A DNA stretch of 64,000 nt from an uncultured Pseudobdellovibrionaceae bacterium. GTDB lineage: Bacteria; Bdellovibrionota; FAC87; UBA2466. Where the stretch lies: contig CAZZHG010000010.1 in NCBI GenBank assembly GCA_964653655.1, positions 5,885-69,884 on the forward strand. The letters are read 5' to 3'. Position numbers and translations under genes: made by a program. Below the pieces are notes generated by a model. The model was not told where the DNA came from. It saw only the letters and a program-made list of their open reading frames with translations, and did no database searches. This document shows, in pieces, positions 7,585 to 16,476 of the stretch (position 1 is the first letter of the stretch; each line of letters begins with the position of its first letter).

Positions 7585-9766
7585 CGGGCTGGCTCGCCCC
7601 GAACCACGCTTGCCGTTCCACCGGCACACCCTTCGTATTCTCTAACTTCAGTAGATAAACACCGCTCGCGGTCTCCGCGTCCGGCTCGTACTTCCACGTC
7701 GCGATTCCCGGCCCGAAAGTCTTCGTGGCGATCACCTTCTCCTGGTCGCGAGCGCGGTCGACTTTGAAGAGAGTCGCCTTCACGCCCTCACCCGCGTCGA
7801 GGTTGAGCGGGAAAACCGGGCTCACGTCTTCGGCGAGATTGAAGTAGGGAAAACCCGTCGGGGGCGCGGGACGAGGAAACACCGTTCCCAGCCGGGCACC
7901 GGGCCCGCCCCTGGAGAACTTCCGTCTGGGCAACATGGGCACGACCGGATCGCCCAGCAGTTCCTGGTTCAGCACCGTCCACAAATGCGACTCGTCTGAG
8001 AGATTGTTTCCCGCTCCGGCCACATACTTCTGAAGCGCTTTCAAAACCAGATCCCCTGCCCGGCCTTCGGTTTCCGTGTGATAGCTGCGGAGGAACGTAT
8101 CCATGAGCTGCAAGCCGTAAGTGCTTCCGGTGAGCACCAGATTGCCCGAAGGATCGAGCTGATAGAGCGGATTACCGAGCGCCGGGCGCGCGGAACCGAG
8201 AAATCCCACGGCGCCCGCCTGCGATTTCAAGAGCGCCATGCCGACCGACTCATCGCCGGAGGAAGACGGCCCGAAGGCGCTTCCGTCGACGAGAGCCCGA
8301 TCGAACGCTCCGTTCGTGCAGGCGATGGTGACGAGAAAAGGATTGATGCGGTCACGGGCCGGCTTTGCCGCCTTCACTTCCGCCGAAGAAACGAACTCAC
8401 GCTCCACGTACCACTCGTTGCCCCGTCCGTGGTCGAGGTAATAGACCACCTTCGCGCGCTGAGGGCCGCTCACGAGACGCATGGTCTGCGCCTTGGTGAA
8501 AGAGCCGTTGGTGCGGAAGTACTTTTCGACTCCGTTCCAATTCAACGTCTTGTCGGAAAGCACGCGCAACGCGCCCAGCTCACCGATGTAGGCGTACCCG
8601 CGGAATGCCTTGCCCCCGTACAGAGCCAGCTCCGGCCCGGGCTCTTCGCCCGATTGAAGCCACGTTCGGATTTTCGTCAGGTGGTTGTCGACTTCCGAGT
8701 TCGTCGTGTACGGAAGCCGGCCGACGGCGACTTTGGGCGCGAGACATTTTCCGTCGGCGCCGTAGCAGGCGTCCGTCACGCCCCAGTTGGGGCCGAACGC
8801 GCCCCGGATCGAAAAATAGTAGCTCGGCGGGACGATGGTGGCGTCCCCGAGAATGGTCACGTACCGAAGTTTTTTCCCGGCCGCGAATTGCTTCCACAGA
8901 TAGCCAATCAATCGGCGGGAAAGATCATAGTGGTAGCCCGCGCCGGTCGCCGCATCGTAGGGCAAAATGCCTTCCGTGTTTTCCTTGTCCTTGTAGCCGT
9001 CCGGCAGTTCGGTTTCGGCGACAGGAGCTTCTTTCGCGAGACTCTCCACCAACAGGACTTCGGCGTCGACGCCGAGGGAATCCCTGTGAAACAGTTTCAA
9101 TTTCTCGGCGCCTTCGGCGAGAGCCTTCGTCGTGACGATAAGCGATTCAGGTCCCTTCTCGGAGGGCACGTAAAACACGTGGCGCTTGGTAACGAAGTCG
9201 AGGGCGAAATCACAGCCTCGGATGGTGACCAGCTCCTTAGATTCCCGATCGTACTGAACGGGGTAAAAGGAAACCCAAAGCTCGCTGCCCACGACCTTGG
9301 ACTCGAAAAACTTGCCGGGATAATAGCGGCCTCGGGCCGGCGCCACGAACTGCATGGGCTGCGGACCCCAGGTGTAGGGGGCCTCGCCGAGGGAGATCTG
9401 GGGAACCGGCTCGGACCGTTCCACGGAAACCTTGGAGAGCGAGACAATGGGCTCCATGCCCGGGGGAAGCGCGTACTTCCTCACGACCACCGGAAGCTGG
9501 GGCATGCCTTCGGCCGCGAAGAACTCCGCCTCGCCGAAGGAGATATGGCCGGCACCGCCGGCGCCCATTCTAAAATCGGGCGCTATAAAGGAGAGGGTCT
9601 CGGTGACCGCGGGCGGAGTTTGGAGAGTGCTTCCGCGGGTGGGAAGATCGAATTCGTTTGGAAGACTGGCCGCTCGAAACGAAAGGGCAAAAGCCCCGGA
9701 AGCCCACCCGAGGAGCGAGAGCAACGTGCACTGACGCCAAAAACCCATGACTAACCCCCAACCCAT
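7568..9766 (-). CDS. Secreted peptidase C25 (gingipain-like) family cysteine protease
   Basis: 732 aa. Hydrophobic N-terminal signal-like segment. Contains YYLDHGRGNEW (His) followed about 37 aa later by VTIACTNGAFD (Cys), matching the gingipain HG...(I/V)AC.NG.F catalytic dyad spacing. C-terminal beta-rich domain ends ...GVYLLKLENTKG.... Confidence 0.7.
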   Translation of the reverse strand: MGWGLVMGFWRQCTLLSLLGWASGAFALSFRAASLPNEFDLPTRGSTLQTPPAVTETLSFIAPDFRMGAGGAGHISFGEAEFFAAEGMPQLPVVVRKYALPPGMEPIVSLSKVSVERSEPVPQISLGEAPYTWGPQPMQFVAPARGRYYPGKFFESKVVGSELWVSFYPVQYDRESKELVTIRGCDFALDFVTKRHVFYVPSEKGPESLIVTTKALAEGAEKLKLFHRDSLGVDAEVLLVESLAKEAPVAETELPDGYKDKENTEGILPYDAATGAGYHYDLSRRLIGYLWKQFAAGKKLRYVTILGDATIVPPSYYFSIRGAFGPNWGVTDACYGADGKCLAPKVAVGRLPYTTNSEVDNHLTKIRTWLQSGEEPGPELALYGGKAFRGYAYIGELGALRVLSDKTLNWNGVEKYFRTNGSFTKAQTMRLVSGPQRAKVVYYLDHGRGNEWYVEREFVSSAEVKAAKPARDRINPFLVTIACTNGAFDRALVDGSAFGPSSSGDESVGMALLKSQAGAVGFLGSARPALGNPLYQLDPSGNLVLTGSTYGLQLMDTFLRSYHTETEGRAGDLVLKALQKYVAGAGNNLSDESHLWTVLNQELLGDPVVPMLPRRKFSRGGPGARLGTVFPRPAPPTGFPYFNLAEDVSPVFPLNLDAGEGVKATLFKVDRARDQEKVIATKTFGPGIATWKYEPDAETASGVYLLKLENTKGVPVERQAWFGASQPVTPQF

Positions 9767-9979
9767 TCGAAGCTAGTTCACTCCAACCCCTTAAAAAGCC
9801 AAAGAGAAACGAGGGGTTTCGACGCTTTACGTTAATTTTTGTTAATCTCAGGAGGGCCCATCTTTGCCCCTTGCCCACGGGAGCGGCGCCAAGCTATAAG
9901 CGGAGCTTCTTGTAGGTGGGTAAAGTTCCTCCTCGCATTAGGCGGGTCGGAAGACTTCCCGTAGCTGTGAAGGTTCCAA

Positions 9980-10651
9980 ATGAAAAAGCTCGCCATCCTC
10001 GGCCGTAAGGTCGGAATGACCCAAATTTTTGATGAAGTCGGTAACTTGGTCCCCGTGACCGTGGTGGACACCACTGGTTGCGTCGTCACTCAGCTCAAGA
10101 CGAAAGAGAACGACGGCTACGCCGCCGTTCAGCTCGGCATCGGCGAGCGCAAGCCGCAAAACGTTTTGAAGTCCGAAGCGGGTCACTTCAAGAAGGCCAA
10201 CACGGCCGCGAAGACGGACCTCCTCGAAGTCCGCCTCGAAGAAGGCGAAACGCCGACCGTCGCTCTCGGAGCCACCCTCAACTGCGCCATGTTTCAAAAG
10301 GGCGACCGGGTGGACGTGAAGGGAGTGAGCAAAGGTAAGGGCTTCCAGGGTCCGCTCAAGCGCCACAACTTCGCGGGTAAGGACGCCGGTCACGGTACGT
10401 CCAAGTACTTCCGCCACGTCGGTTCGATCGGTATGCACACGTACCCGGGCCGTGTGTTCAAGGGCAAGAAGATGCCCGGCCGCATGGGCACGGACAACGT
10501 CACCGTCCAGAGCATGCTGGTGGTCGATGCGAAGGCCGACGAGAACCTGATTCTGCTCCGGGGCGGAATCCCCGGCGGAAAACGCTCCGTCGTTTATCTC
10601 CAGCAAGCCGTGAAGCGCAAGCTCACCGGCGAGCGGTCGCTCACGAAGTAA
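9980..10651 (+). CDS. rplC: 50S ribosomal protein L3
   Basis: 223 aa, colinear with E. coli L3 (KVGMTQIF, KGKGFQG, GKKMPGRMG, VTVQS). Located away from any rpsJ/rplD genes. Confidence 0.9.
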   Translation: MKKLAILGRKVGMTQIFDEVGNLVPVTVVDTTGCVVTQLKTKENDGYAAVQLGIGERKPQNVLKSEAGHFKKANTAAKTDLLEVRLEEGETPTVALGATLNCAMFQKGDRVDVKGVSKGKGFQGPLKRHNFAGKDAGHGTSKYFRHVGSIGMHTYPGRVFKGKKMPGRMGTDNVTVQSMLVVDAKADENLILLRGGIPGGKRSVVYLQQAVKRKLTGERSLTK

Positions 10652-10693
10652 GGGTTGAACCGGAACCTCGGTTTTGGGTAGATACCTGCCCCA

Positions 10694-11713
10694 ATGAGAC
10701 TTGTCTTGTTCATTTGGTCGGGGCTTGCCTTGGCCTCCGTACAGCCGTACGGAATGCTGAACTACGCCTCGGACTGCGAGAAGGAGCTGGGCAAGATCCC
10801 CCACATCCGGTGCGCGGATGGGGAAGAAATTCCCGTCTTCAACTCGGATAAGGGCGTCTCCATTACGGATAAGAACCACTGGGGCTACCATACCCAGTGC
10901 GACAATCCTTCCCTTCTCAGGACTCCCTTCGAGACCTGGATTTCCGGGATCAACCCTTGCGTGCCCTACGCGCGTATCGGCCGCCTCGGCGCCCAGCCGG
11001 GCTTCGACACGAACTGGGTATTTTTCTGCCGCCGCTATTTCAACCGCTCGCGCCATAGCGACATCTACGACGACATCAACCTGATCGGACACAGCCCCAA
11101 GACGGGAGCCACCTGCTTCTTCGTCGGCCGCCCCAACCGCATCGCGCCCACTTCGCGCGTGGACAAAGGCCACAGCGGCATGTGGGTTCCGGACGTGACC
11201 AGCGCGAAGGGCTTGAAATTTTGGAAGAGCCCCCGCGAGATCGAGACCCAACCGATCCTCACCGGCGGAACGCCGCTTTGCACCCAGTGCCACGACGCCG
11301 ATCCCTTCGTGCATAGCCCGCACGTCGACCAAGTGAAGCTGGGCGGCGAGCCCATCGTCCCGTCCAATCCCAACGGGAAGTATTGGATCGTGGGCGCGGG
11401 GGCGGGGATGAGCCACCAATGGAAGCCAAAGCACCTGGTTTCTCCGCAGGCCGCCGCGTGTACCGCGTGCCACCGCATCGGCAATAACCGAGGGTGCCGG
11501 GAAATGACCAATCTGGCCGCCGGACTGAAGTCGCTTCCCCACACTACCGAGGCCTTCCGACGGTTTCCGTTCATGCCCGCGCAAGGTCCCGCCGTGGAAG
11601 TCCACCGGGGAAGCCGTCTCGGCGCCGAAGAGCTCGAAGCGGTTCAGTTCATAAAGAGTTGTTGCGACCGCCCGACCCGCCGGGAATGCCTCTGGGAAGA
11701 TCCTCCCCGCTAG
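10694..11713 (+). CDS. Secreted Cys-rich protein with two CXXCH motifs (putative c-type di-haem protein)
   Basis: 339 aa. N-terminal signal peptide (MRLVLFIWSGLALASV), 14 Cys, two haem-c binding-type motifs CTQCH and CTACH. Starts 42 nt after the rplC stop. Confidence 0.55.
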   Translation: MRLVLFIWSGLALASVQPYGMLNYASDCEKELGKIPHIRCADGEEIPVFNSDKGVSITDKNHWGYHTQCDNPSLLRTPFETWISGINPCVPYARIGRLGAQPGFDTNWVFFCRRYFNRSRHSDIYDDINLIGHSPKTGATCFFVGRPNRIAPTSRVDKGHSGMWVPDVTSAKGLKFWKSPREIETQPILTGGTPLCTQCHDADPFVHSPHVDQVKLGGEPIVPSNPNGKYWIVGAGAGMSHQWKPKHLVSPQAAACTACHRIGNNRGCREMTNLAAGLKSLPHTTEAFRRFPFMPAQGPAVEVHRGSRLGAEELEAVQFIKSCCDRPTRRECLWEDPPR

Positions 11714-12672
11714 GCCAATTCGATGACGGCCGCGAGAAGCGGATGCTCCTGTTTCTCGAAATCCAGAGGCGGGCCTACCCAGGGAAGAACCGCCCCAAGC
11801 CGCGGAAGTCCCGTCGCCTGCAGAAATTGCTCGGCCGTCCATTGCTCGTAATTCGACGAGAAGAACAGCGCCCCGCCGGGCTCGACGACTTCGGCCGCCG
11901 CCTCGGCGAGCCGGCCCGCGTCCTTCGCGATCGAAAAGACATTGCCTTCCCGGTCCCGGGAAAAGCTCGGCGGATCCAAAATCACCAAATCGAATTTCCG
12001 CAGGCGTTTTCTCGCGCCCTTCAAAAACTGAAAAGCATCGTTGCCGAAAAACTCGTACTCGTCCGACCTAAGCCCGTTCGCGACGAAGTTCCGCTTTCCC
12101 CAATCGAGGTAGCGCGTCGAAAGATCGACGCTCGTCACCTCGGCCCCACCCTTCGCGGCGTATACGGAGAACGCGCACGTATAGGCGAAGAGGTTCAGCA
12201 CCCGCTGCCCGGAGACGTCGCTTGCTAGCAGTTTGCGGTTGTCCCTCTGGTCGAGAAAAATTCCCGTCGAGAAACCGTCGTAAGGCCTTACGAGAAGGCG
12301 CACGCCGTTCTCGAGGATGGAGATCTCTTCGGGGAGCGTTTCCCCCGCGAGCGGCACGGGATTCTTGTTCGCTTCGGCGGCAGCGGTCGCCTTCGATCGA
12401 TCCGTCGCGAAGTCTTTCAGGTAGACCGCCTTCACCGAAAGCTTCGCGAGGCACCACTCGGCGGCGGCCTTCAACTCCGCCTCGCTGAGCGCGCACTGCC
12501 CTTCGAAGCGATAGAGGAATACGGCGTCCCCCATCTTGTCCACTTTGAGGCCAGGGATGCCTTCGGCCTCGCCGCAAAACAGGCGGTAACTATCGGTGCC
12601 CTGCTTACCCAATTCCGCAATGAGAGGTTGGCGCCACGCCCAAGCCGCATCGAGTGCGTCGATTTCTTTCAT
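11710..12672 (-). CDS. Class I SAM-dependent RNA methyltransferase (RlmI/RlmK-like rRNA m5C methyltransferase core)
   Basis: 320 aa with a Rossmann SAM-binding pattern (VLNLFAYTCAFSV, DPPSF) typical of the RlmI family. 4-nt convergent overlap with the preceding gene. Confidence 0.7.
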   Translation of the reverse strand: MKEIDALDAAWAWRQPLIAELGKQGTDSYRLFCGEAEGIPGLKVDKMGDAVFLYRFEGQCALSEAELKAAAEWCLAKLSVKAVYLKDFATDRSKATAAAEANKNPVPLAGETLPEEISILENGVRLLVRPYDGFSTGIFLDQRDNRKLLASDVSGQRVLNLFAYTCAFSVYAAKGGAEVTSVDLSTRYLDWGKRNFVANGLRSDEYEFFGNDAFQFLKGARKRLRKFDLVILDPPSFSRDREGNVFSIAKDAGRLAEAAAEVVEPGGALFFSSNYEQWTAEQFLQATGLPRLGAVLPWVGPPLDFEKQEHPLLAAVIELA

Positions 12673-13337
12673 GCCTTCAATCCCGCTCTCTCCAACGCAT
12701 AGTCGGGCGCCTTGATTACGATTCTCTCCTCGCGCGTCGGGTGGTCGAAGGATAGCGAATAGGCGAGAAGGCCGATGCCAGGCTTTCCGTCCTTCTTTTT
12801 TCCACCATAGCGGATGTCTCCGAGAATGGGGGTTCCGATTGCCGCGAGCTGGGCGCGAATCTGATGTTTTCTTCCCGTGTGGAGTCTTACTTCGAGAAGC
12901 GTGATGCCTCCCATGGTGGCTAGCACCAGGTACTCGAGCGTCGCGACTTTCGTCCCCGGTTTCGGCGCGAGATGGACCTCGACCTTCTTCTCGCCCTCGA
13001 CGAGGTGATGGGTCAGGGTGCCGTGAGGGTAATCAGGTTCCCCCTCCACCCAGGCGCGGTAGATTTTTTCGACGGTACGCGTGCGAAACTGCTCCGAAAG
13101 ACGGCTAGCCGCCTTCGAGGTGCGCCCGAAAACGACGATTCCCGCCGCTGGCCGATCCAGCCTGTGGACCAGCCCCAAAAAGACGTTGCCGGGTTTAGCG
13201 TACTTTTCCTTAATATAGGCTCTGGTGAGATCGAGCAGGCAAGGATCTCCCGTCGAATCCCCCTGCGTAAGCAGTCCCGCGGGCTTAAAAACCGCGATGA
13301 CATGGTTATCCTCATGGAGTACGGTGACGCCGCTCAA
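12669..13337 (-). CDS. RluA-family pseudouridine synthase
   Basis: 222 aa with HRLDRPAAG (the catalytic Asp motif of RluA/RluD) and the conserved ...GRKHQIR... region. No S4 domain. Confidence 0.8.
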   Translation of the reverse strand: MSGVTVLHEDNHVIAVFKPAGLLTQGDSTGDPCLLDLTRAYIKEKYAKPGNVFLGLVHRLDRPAAGIVVFGRTSKAASRLSEQFRTRTVEKIYRAWVEGEPDYPHGTLTHHLVEGEKKVEVHLAPKPGTKVATLEYLVLATMGGITLLEVRLHTGRKHQIRAQLAAIGTPILGDIRYGGKKKDGKPGIGLLAYSLSFDHPTREERIVIKAPDYALERAGLKA

Positions 13338-13348
13338 AAAAATCTCTT

Positions 13349-14107
13349 ATGGTTCGCAGGTTTCACAAATCAAATCCCGAGCGCCCGACGATTGAGGGCC
13401 TCGAGAAGAAGCTCAAGCGCAGCGGGATTGCGCTCAGTACGAATCAGCTTAATCAGCTGTGGCGGTACCATAATTTGATGAGGGATCGAAATCAAGACAG
13501 GGAGCTTACCCGTCTCATCGGTTTCGACACCATCGTCACGAAACACTACGTCGACTGCATGATCGTGGGCGAGCTCTTCAACCTGCCTTCGCCCCTTTTC
13601 GACATCGGCACGGGCCCCGGCTTCCCGGGCATCCCCCTCAAGATTCGTTACCAGCACCTGCATATTATCCTCGGCGAGCCCCGCCCGAAGAGGATCGCGT
13701 TTCTGCGGGAAGCCTGCAAACACATCAAGCTGCAGAACTGGGAGATTTTCCCGCACAAAGTGGTAAGCCGCAGCTTCCAGCGGAAGGTTCCGGCTATCAT
13801 CACCCGCGCGGTCGAGACCATGGACAAGACGTGCATGCGCACCTCCGCCTGCCTCGGAGAGGGCGGCCTGCTTATTTTCATGAAGGGCCCGGGCGTGGAG
13901 CCGGAGCTCGCCGAGATCAAGAACCGCTTCAAAAAGCAGTTCCGGGTGAAGTTCGATAAGGCGTATCAACTTCCCCACACGAAGTATGACCGCCGCCTGG
14001 TCGTGCTCGAAAAGCTGGTGCCCGCTATCGTGCCCAGCGAGGCGCCGAGAGGGCACAAGGAAGAGGACGATGCTACCCCCGACACCGAGGATTCAGAGCT
14101 ATCGTGA
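13349..14107 (+). CDS. rsmG: 16S rRNA (guanine527-N7)-methyltransferase
   Basis: 252 aa. N-terminal LSTNQLNQLWRYHNLM...NLTRLIGFDTIVTKHYVDCM and the DIGTGPGFPGIPLKI SAM motif match RsmG/GidB. Its start is only 11 nt from the divergent RluA start. Confidence 0.8.
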   Translation: MVRRFHKSNPERPTIEGLEKKLKRSGIALSTNQLNQLWRYHNLMRDRNQDRELTRLIGFDTIVTKHYVDCMIVGELFNLPSPLFDIGTGPGFPGIPLKIRYQHLHIILGEPRPKRIAFLREACKHIKLQNWEIFPHKVVSRSFQRKVPAIITRAVETMDKTCMRTSACLGEGGLLIFMKGPGVEPELAEIKNRFKKQFRVKFDKAYQLPHTKYDRRLVVLEKLVPAIVPSEAPRGHKEEDDATPDTEDSELS

Positions 14108-14378
14108 GTTCTGGCCCTTCTATCTGAAGGAGCACTCGAAACGTTCCACCCGCCGCTGGCATGCCGTCGGCACTTCTCTCGGTCTCACTCTCGCGGCTAC
14201 CGCTCTCTGGAACGGACGCCCGCTACTCGTCCCGCTCGCCTTCGTTCCGGCCTATGCCTTCGCCTGGTACTCGCACTTTTACGTCGAGGGCAATCGCCCC
14301 GCGACCTTCAAGTACCCGTTCTGGTCCTTCATCTCGGATTTTAGAATGCTCCTCTGGATGCTGACGGGCCGGCTCTAG
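14070..14378 (+). CDS. DUF962 / Mpo1-like membrane protein
   Basis: ORF 13986..14378 trimmed to ATG at 14070 (MLPPTPRIQSYREFWPFYLKEHSKRSTRRWH..., characteristic DUF962 N-terminus). Overlaps the rsmG 3' end by 38 nt in another frame. Confidence 0.6.
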   Translation: MLPPTPRIQSYREFWPFYLKEHSKRSTRRWHAVGTSLGLTLAATALWNGRPLLVPLAFVPAYAFAWYSHFYVEGNRPATFKYPFWSFISDFRMLLWMLTGRL

Positions 14379-15106
14379 CGAAACACAATCTCGTACTTAA
14401 TCTCGATGATTCGTTCCTTGTAGGGCATCTCGCGCGAACCGCCCCACTTCGCGTCGTCCTTCAGAAAGAGGAAACGATCGCTCGTCGGGCCGACGGCTCC
14501 GCAGCGCACCCCTGAATCGACGAGACAACCCTGCAGGCGCTTCTCGTACTCCCACTCGGGCTTCGGCTGCACGACCCAGACTTTCCCTTCTCCGTCGCGC
14601 GCGGCGACGGCGCCCGCATCGAGGGCGCCGTGAAGGCGAAGCGGGCTCGGGCCCGAGCAGAAATCGAGGTGGTGGGTGCCGAGGTAGACGAACTCCTTGT
14701 GCTTCTGCCAGACGATATCGCGCTCGTAGGCGGCATCGACTCCGGGGCGCATCTCGAGGGAAATGATTTCGTAAACGGTGCCGGGAATCAGAAAGAGCTG
14801 GGAGGAAAGCTCGACGGGATCGCCTTTCTCCCCCTTCTTACGCACCATCGTACGGAAGCTGTCGGTAAGACGAGAGCGGCCGAAGTGGGTCAGGGTCGTG
14901 ATCTCCTCCGGGGCAATCGGAGTGAGCGCCGTCTGCCTAAGAGCGGCGTCGTAGCTCTCTTGATTCGCTTTTCTCAGGGCCTCAGCGCGGGCGGCTGCCC
15001 TCTTTTCGTCTTTGAGGGAAACACCGGGCTTTCCTTTGCACCCCCCGGACGCGGCGAGGCCCGGAAGGCAGAAAAGAAGGATCAGAAACGCTGGTTTCAA
15101 CCCCAT
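14375..15106 (-). CDS. Hypothetical lipoprotein
   Basis: 243 aa. Signal peptide with a lipobox-like LAASGGC. No recognisable catalytic motifs. 10-nt overlap with the eno 3' end. Confidence 0.55.
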   Translation of the reverse strand: MGLKPAFLILLFCLPGLAASGGCKGKPGVSLKDEKRAAARAEALRKANQESYDAALRQTALTPIAPEEITTLTHFGRSRLTDSFRTMVRKKGEKGDPVELSSQLFLIPGTVYEIISLEMRPGVDAAYERDIVWQKHKEFVYLGTHHLDFCSGPSPLRLHGALDAGAVAARDGEGKVWVVQPKPEWEYEKRLQGCLVDSGVRCGAVGPTSDRFLFLKDDAKWGGSREMPYKERIIEIKYEIVFR

Positions 15107-16395
15107 CTGGCGAAGGCGATCGGTTTTCCGGCGCGGGCCGCGTTATCCGAGATGCGAAGCAGCTCGTTGTACTTCGCCATGCGCTCGGACCGCGACGCGG
15201 ATCCCGTTTTGATTTGCCCGCAACCGCTCGCGACAGCCAGATGGGCGATCGTCGTATCTTCCGTCTCGCCGGAGCGGTGGGAGACGACCGCGCGCCAGCC
15301 GCTCTTGCGGCAGAGAGCCATCGTCTCGAAGGTTTCCGTGAGGGAGCCGACCTGATTCACCTTGATTAGAACCGCGTTGGACGCCTTCTCCTCGAGGCCG
15401 CGCTTCACGAAGCGGGTCTGCGTGCAGAACAGATCGTCGCCGACGAGCTGCACTTTGCGGCCGAACTTCGCCGTCATTTCGCGCCAGCCCGCCCAGTCAT
15501 TCTCGTCGAGGCCGTCCTCGACGCTGACGATGGGATACTTTTCGAAAAGCTGGCCGTAGAACTGGAGCATTTCGGCGCTGTTCGCCGTCGATTTTCCGTT
15601 CAGTTTGATGTCGTAGCAGCCCTTCTCCTTGTTGTAGAAGCTGCTCGCTGCAGAGTCCATGGCAATGGCGACCTGCTCGCCCAGCCGGTATCCGGCCGCT
15701 TCGATCGCCGCGCAAATTTCTTGAATCGCCGCTTCGTTGTTCGCGAGCTCCGGGGCAAAGCCGCCTTCGTCCCCGACCGACGTCGACTTACCCGCGTGGT
15801 GAAGGCGGTCCTTCAAATGGTGGAAAACTTCGGCGCCGGCCCGCAGCGCCGATCCGAAATCCGAAAAGCCGTGGGGCACGATCATGAACTCCTGCACTTC
15901 GAGCCCGTTGTTGGCGTGCATGCCGCCATTCACGATGTTCATCAGCGGAATGGGCAGCTTCATATCCTTCGGCGAGAGCCCCATCCACTCGTTCAAGGCA
16001 ACAAAGAGCGGTCTTTTCTCGGAGGCCGCGGCCGAGTGCGCGTAAGCCATTGAGAGCGCGAGAATGGTGTTGCCGCCGATTTTGGTTTTTTGCTCGGTTC
16101 CGTCGGTGTCGAGGAGGAGTCTATCGAGGCTCGCCAGCGTGAACTTCTTGGAAGCGAGAAGTTTCTTGCCCTCCTCGTTGATCCACTTCGCCGCTTTGAG
16201 AGTTCCCTTGCCGAGGTAGCGCTTCTTGTCCCCGTCGCGAAGCTCGAGGGCTTCGTTTTCCCCGCGGCTCGCTCCGGAGGGGACGATCGCCCTTCCCCAA
16301 GCTCCGTCGGAAAGAGTCATTTCCACTTCGATCGTCGGGTTACCCCGGGAATCGAGAACTTCGCGGCCGTAGACGGTAGAGATCGTGTGTTCCAT
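15097..16395 (-). CDS. eno: Enolase (phosphopyruvate hydratase)
   Basis: 432 aa, full-length colinearity with bacterial enolases (SRGNPTIEVE, SGASTG-like region, active-site loop). Confidence 0.95.
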   Translation of the reverse strand: MEHTISTVYGREVLDSRGNPTIEVEMTLSDGAWGRAIVPSGASRGENEALELRDGDKKRYLGKGTLKAAKWINEEGKKLLASKKFTLASLDRLLLDTDGTEQKTKIGGNTILALSMAYAHSAAASEKRPLFVALNEWMGLSPKDMKLPIPLMNIVNGGMHANNGLEVQEFMIVPHGFSDFGSALRAGAEVFHHLKDRLHHAGKSTSVGDEGGFAPELANNEAAIQEICAAIEAAGYRLGEQVAIAMDSAASSFYNKEKGCYDIKLNGKSTANSAEMLQFYGQLFEKYPIVSVEDGLDENDWAGWREMTAKFGRKVQLVGDDLFCTQTRFVKRGLEEKASNAVLIKVNQVGSLTETFETMALCRKSGWRAVVSHRSGETEDTTIAHLAVASGCGQIKTGSASRSERMAKYNELLRISDNAARAGKPIAFARWG

Positions 16396-16430
16396 GGCCC
16401 GCTATCCTAAGAGCTGGGCCCCGAAACTTC

Positions 16431-16465
16431 AAAAAAAAAGCGGCACCCCGCGAGGGGTGCCGCCC
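16431..16465 (-). terminator. Rho-independent terminator downstream of dnaK
   Basis: On the minus strand: GGGCGGCACCCCTCGCGGGGTGCCGC hairpin followed by a 9-nt U run. 12 nt after the dnaK stop. Confidence 0.65.
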
Positions 16466-16476
16466 TGGGACGAATA

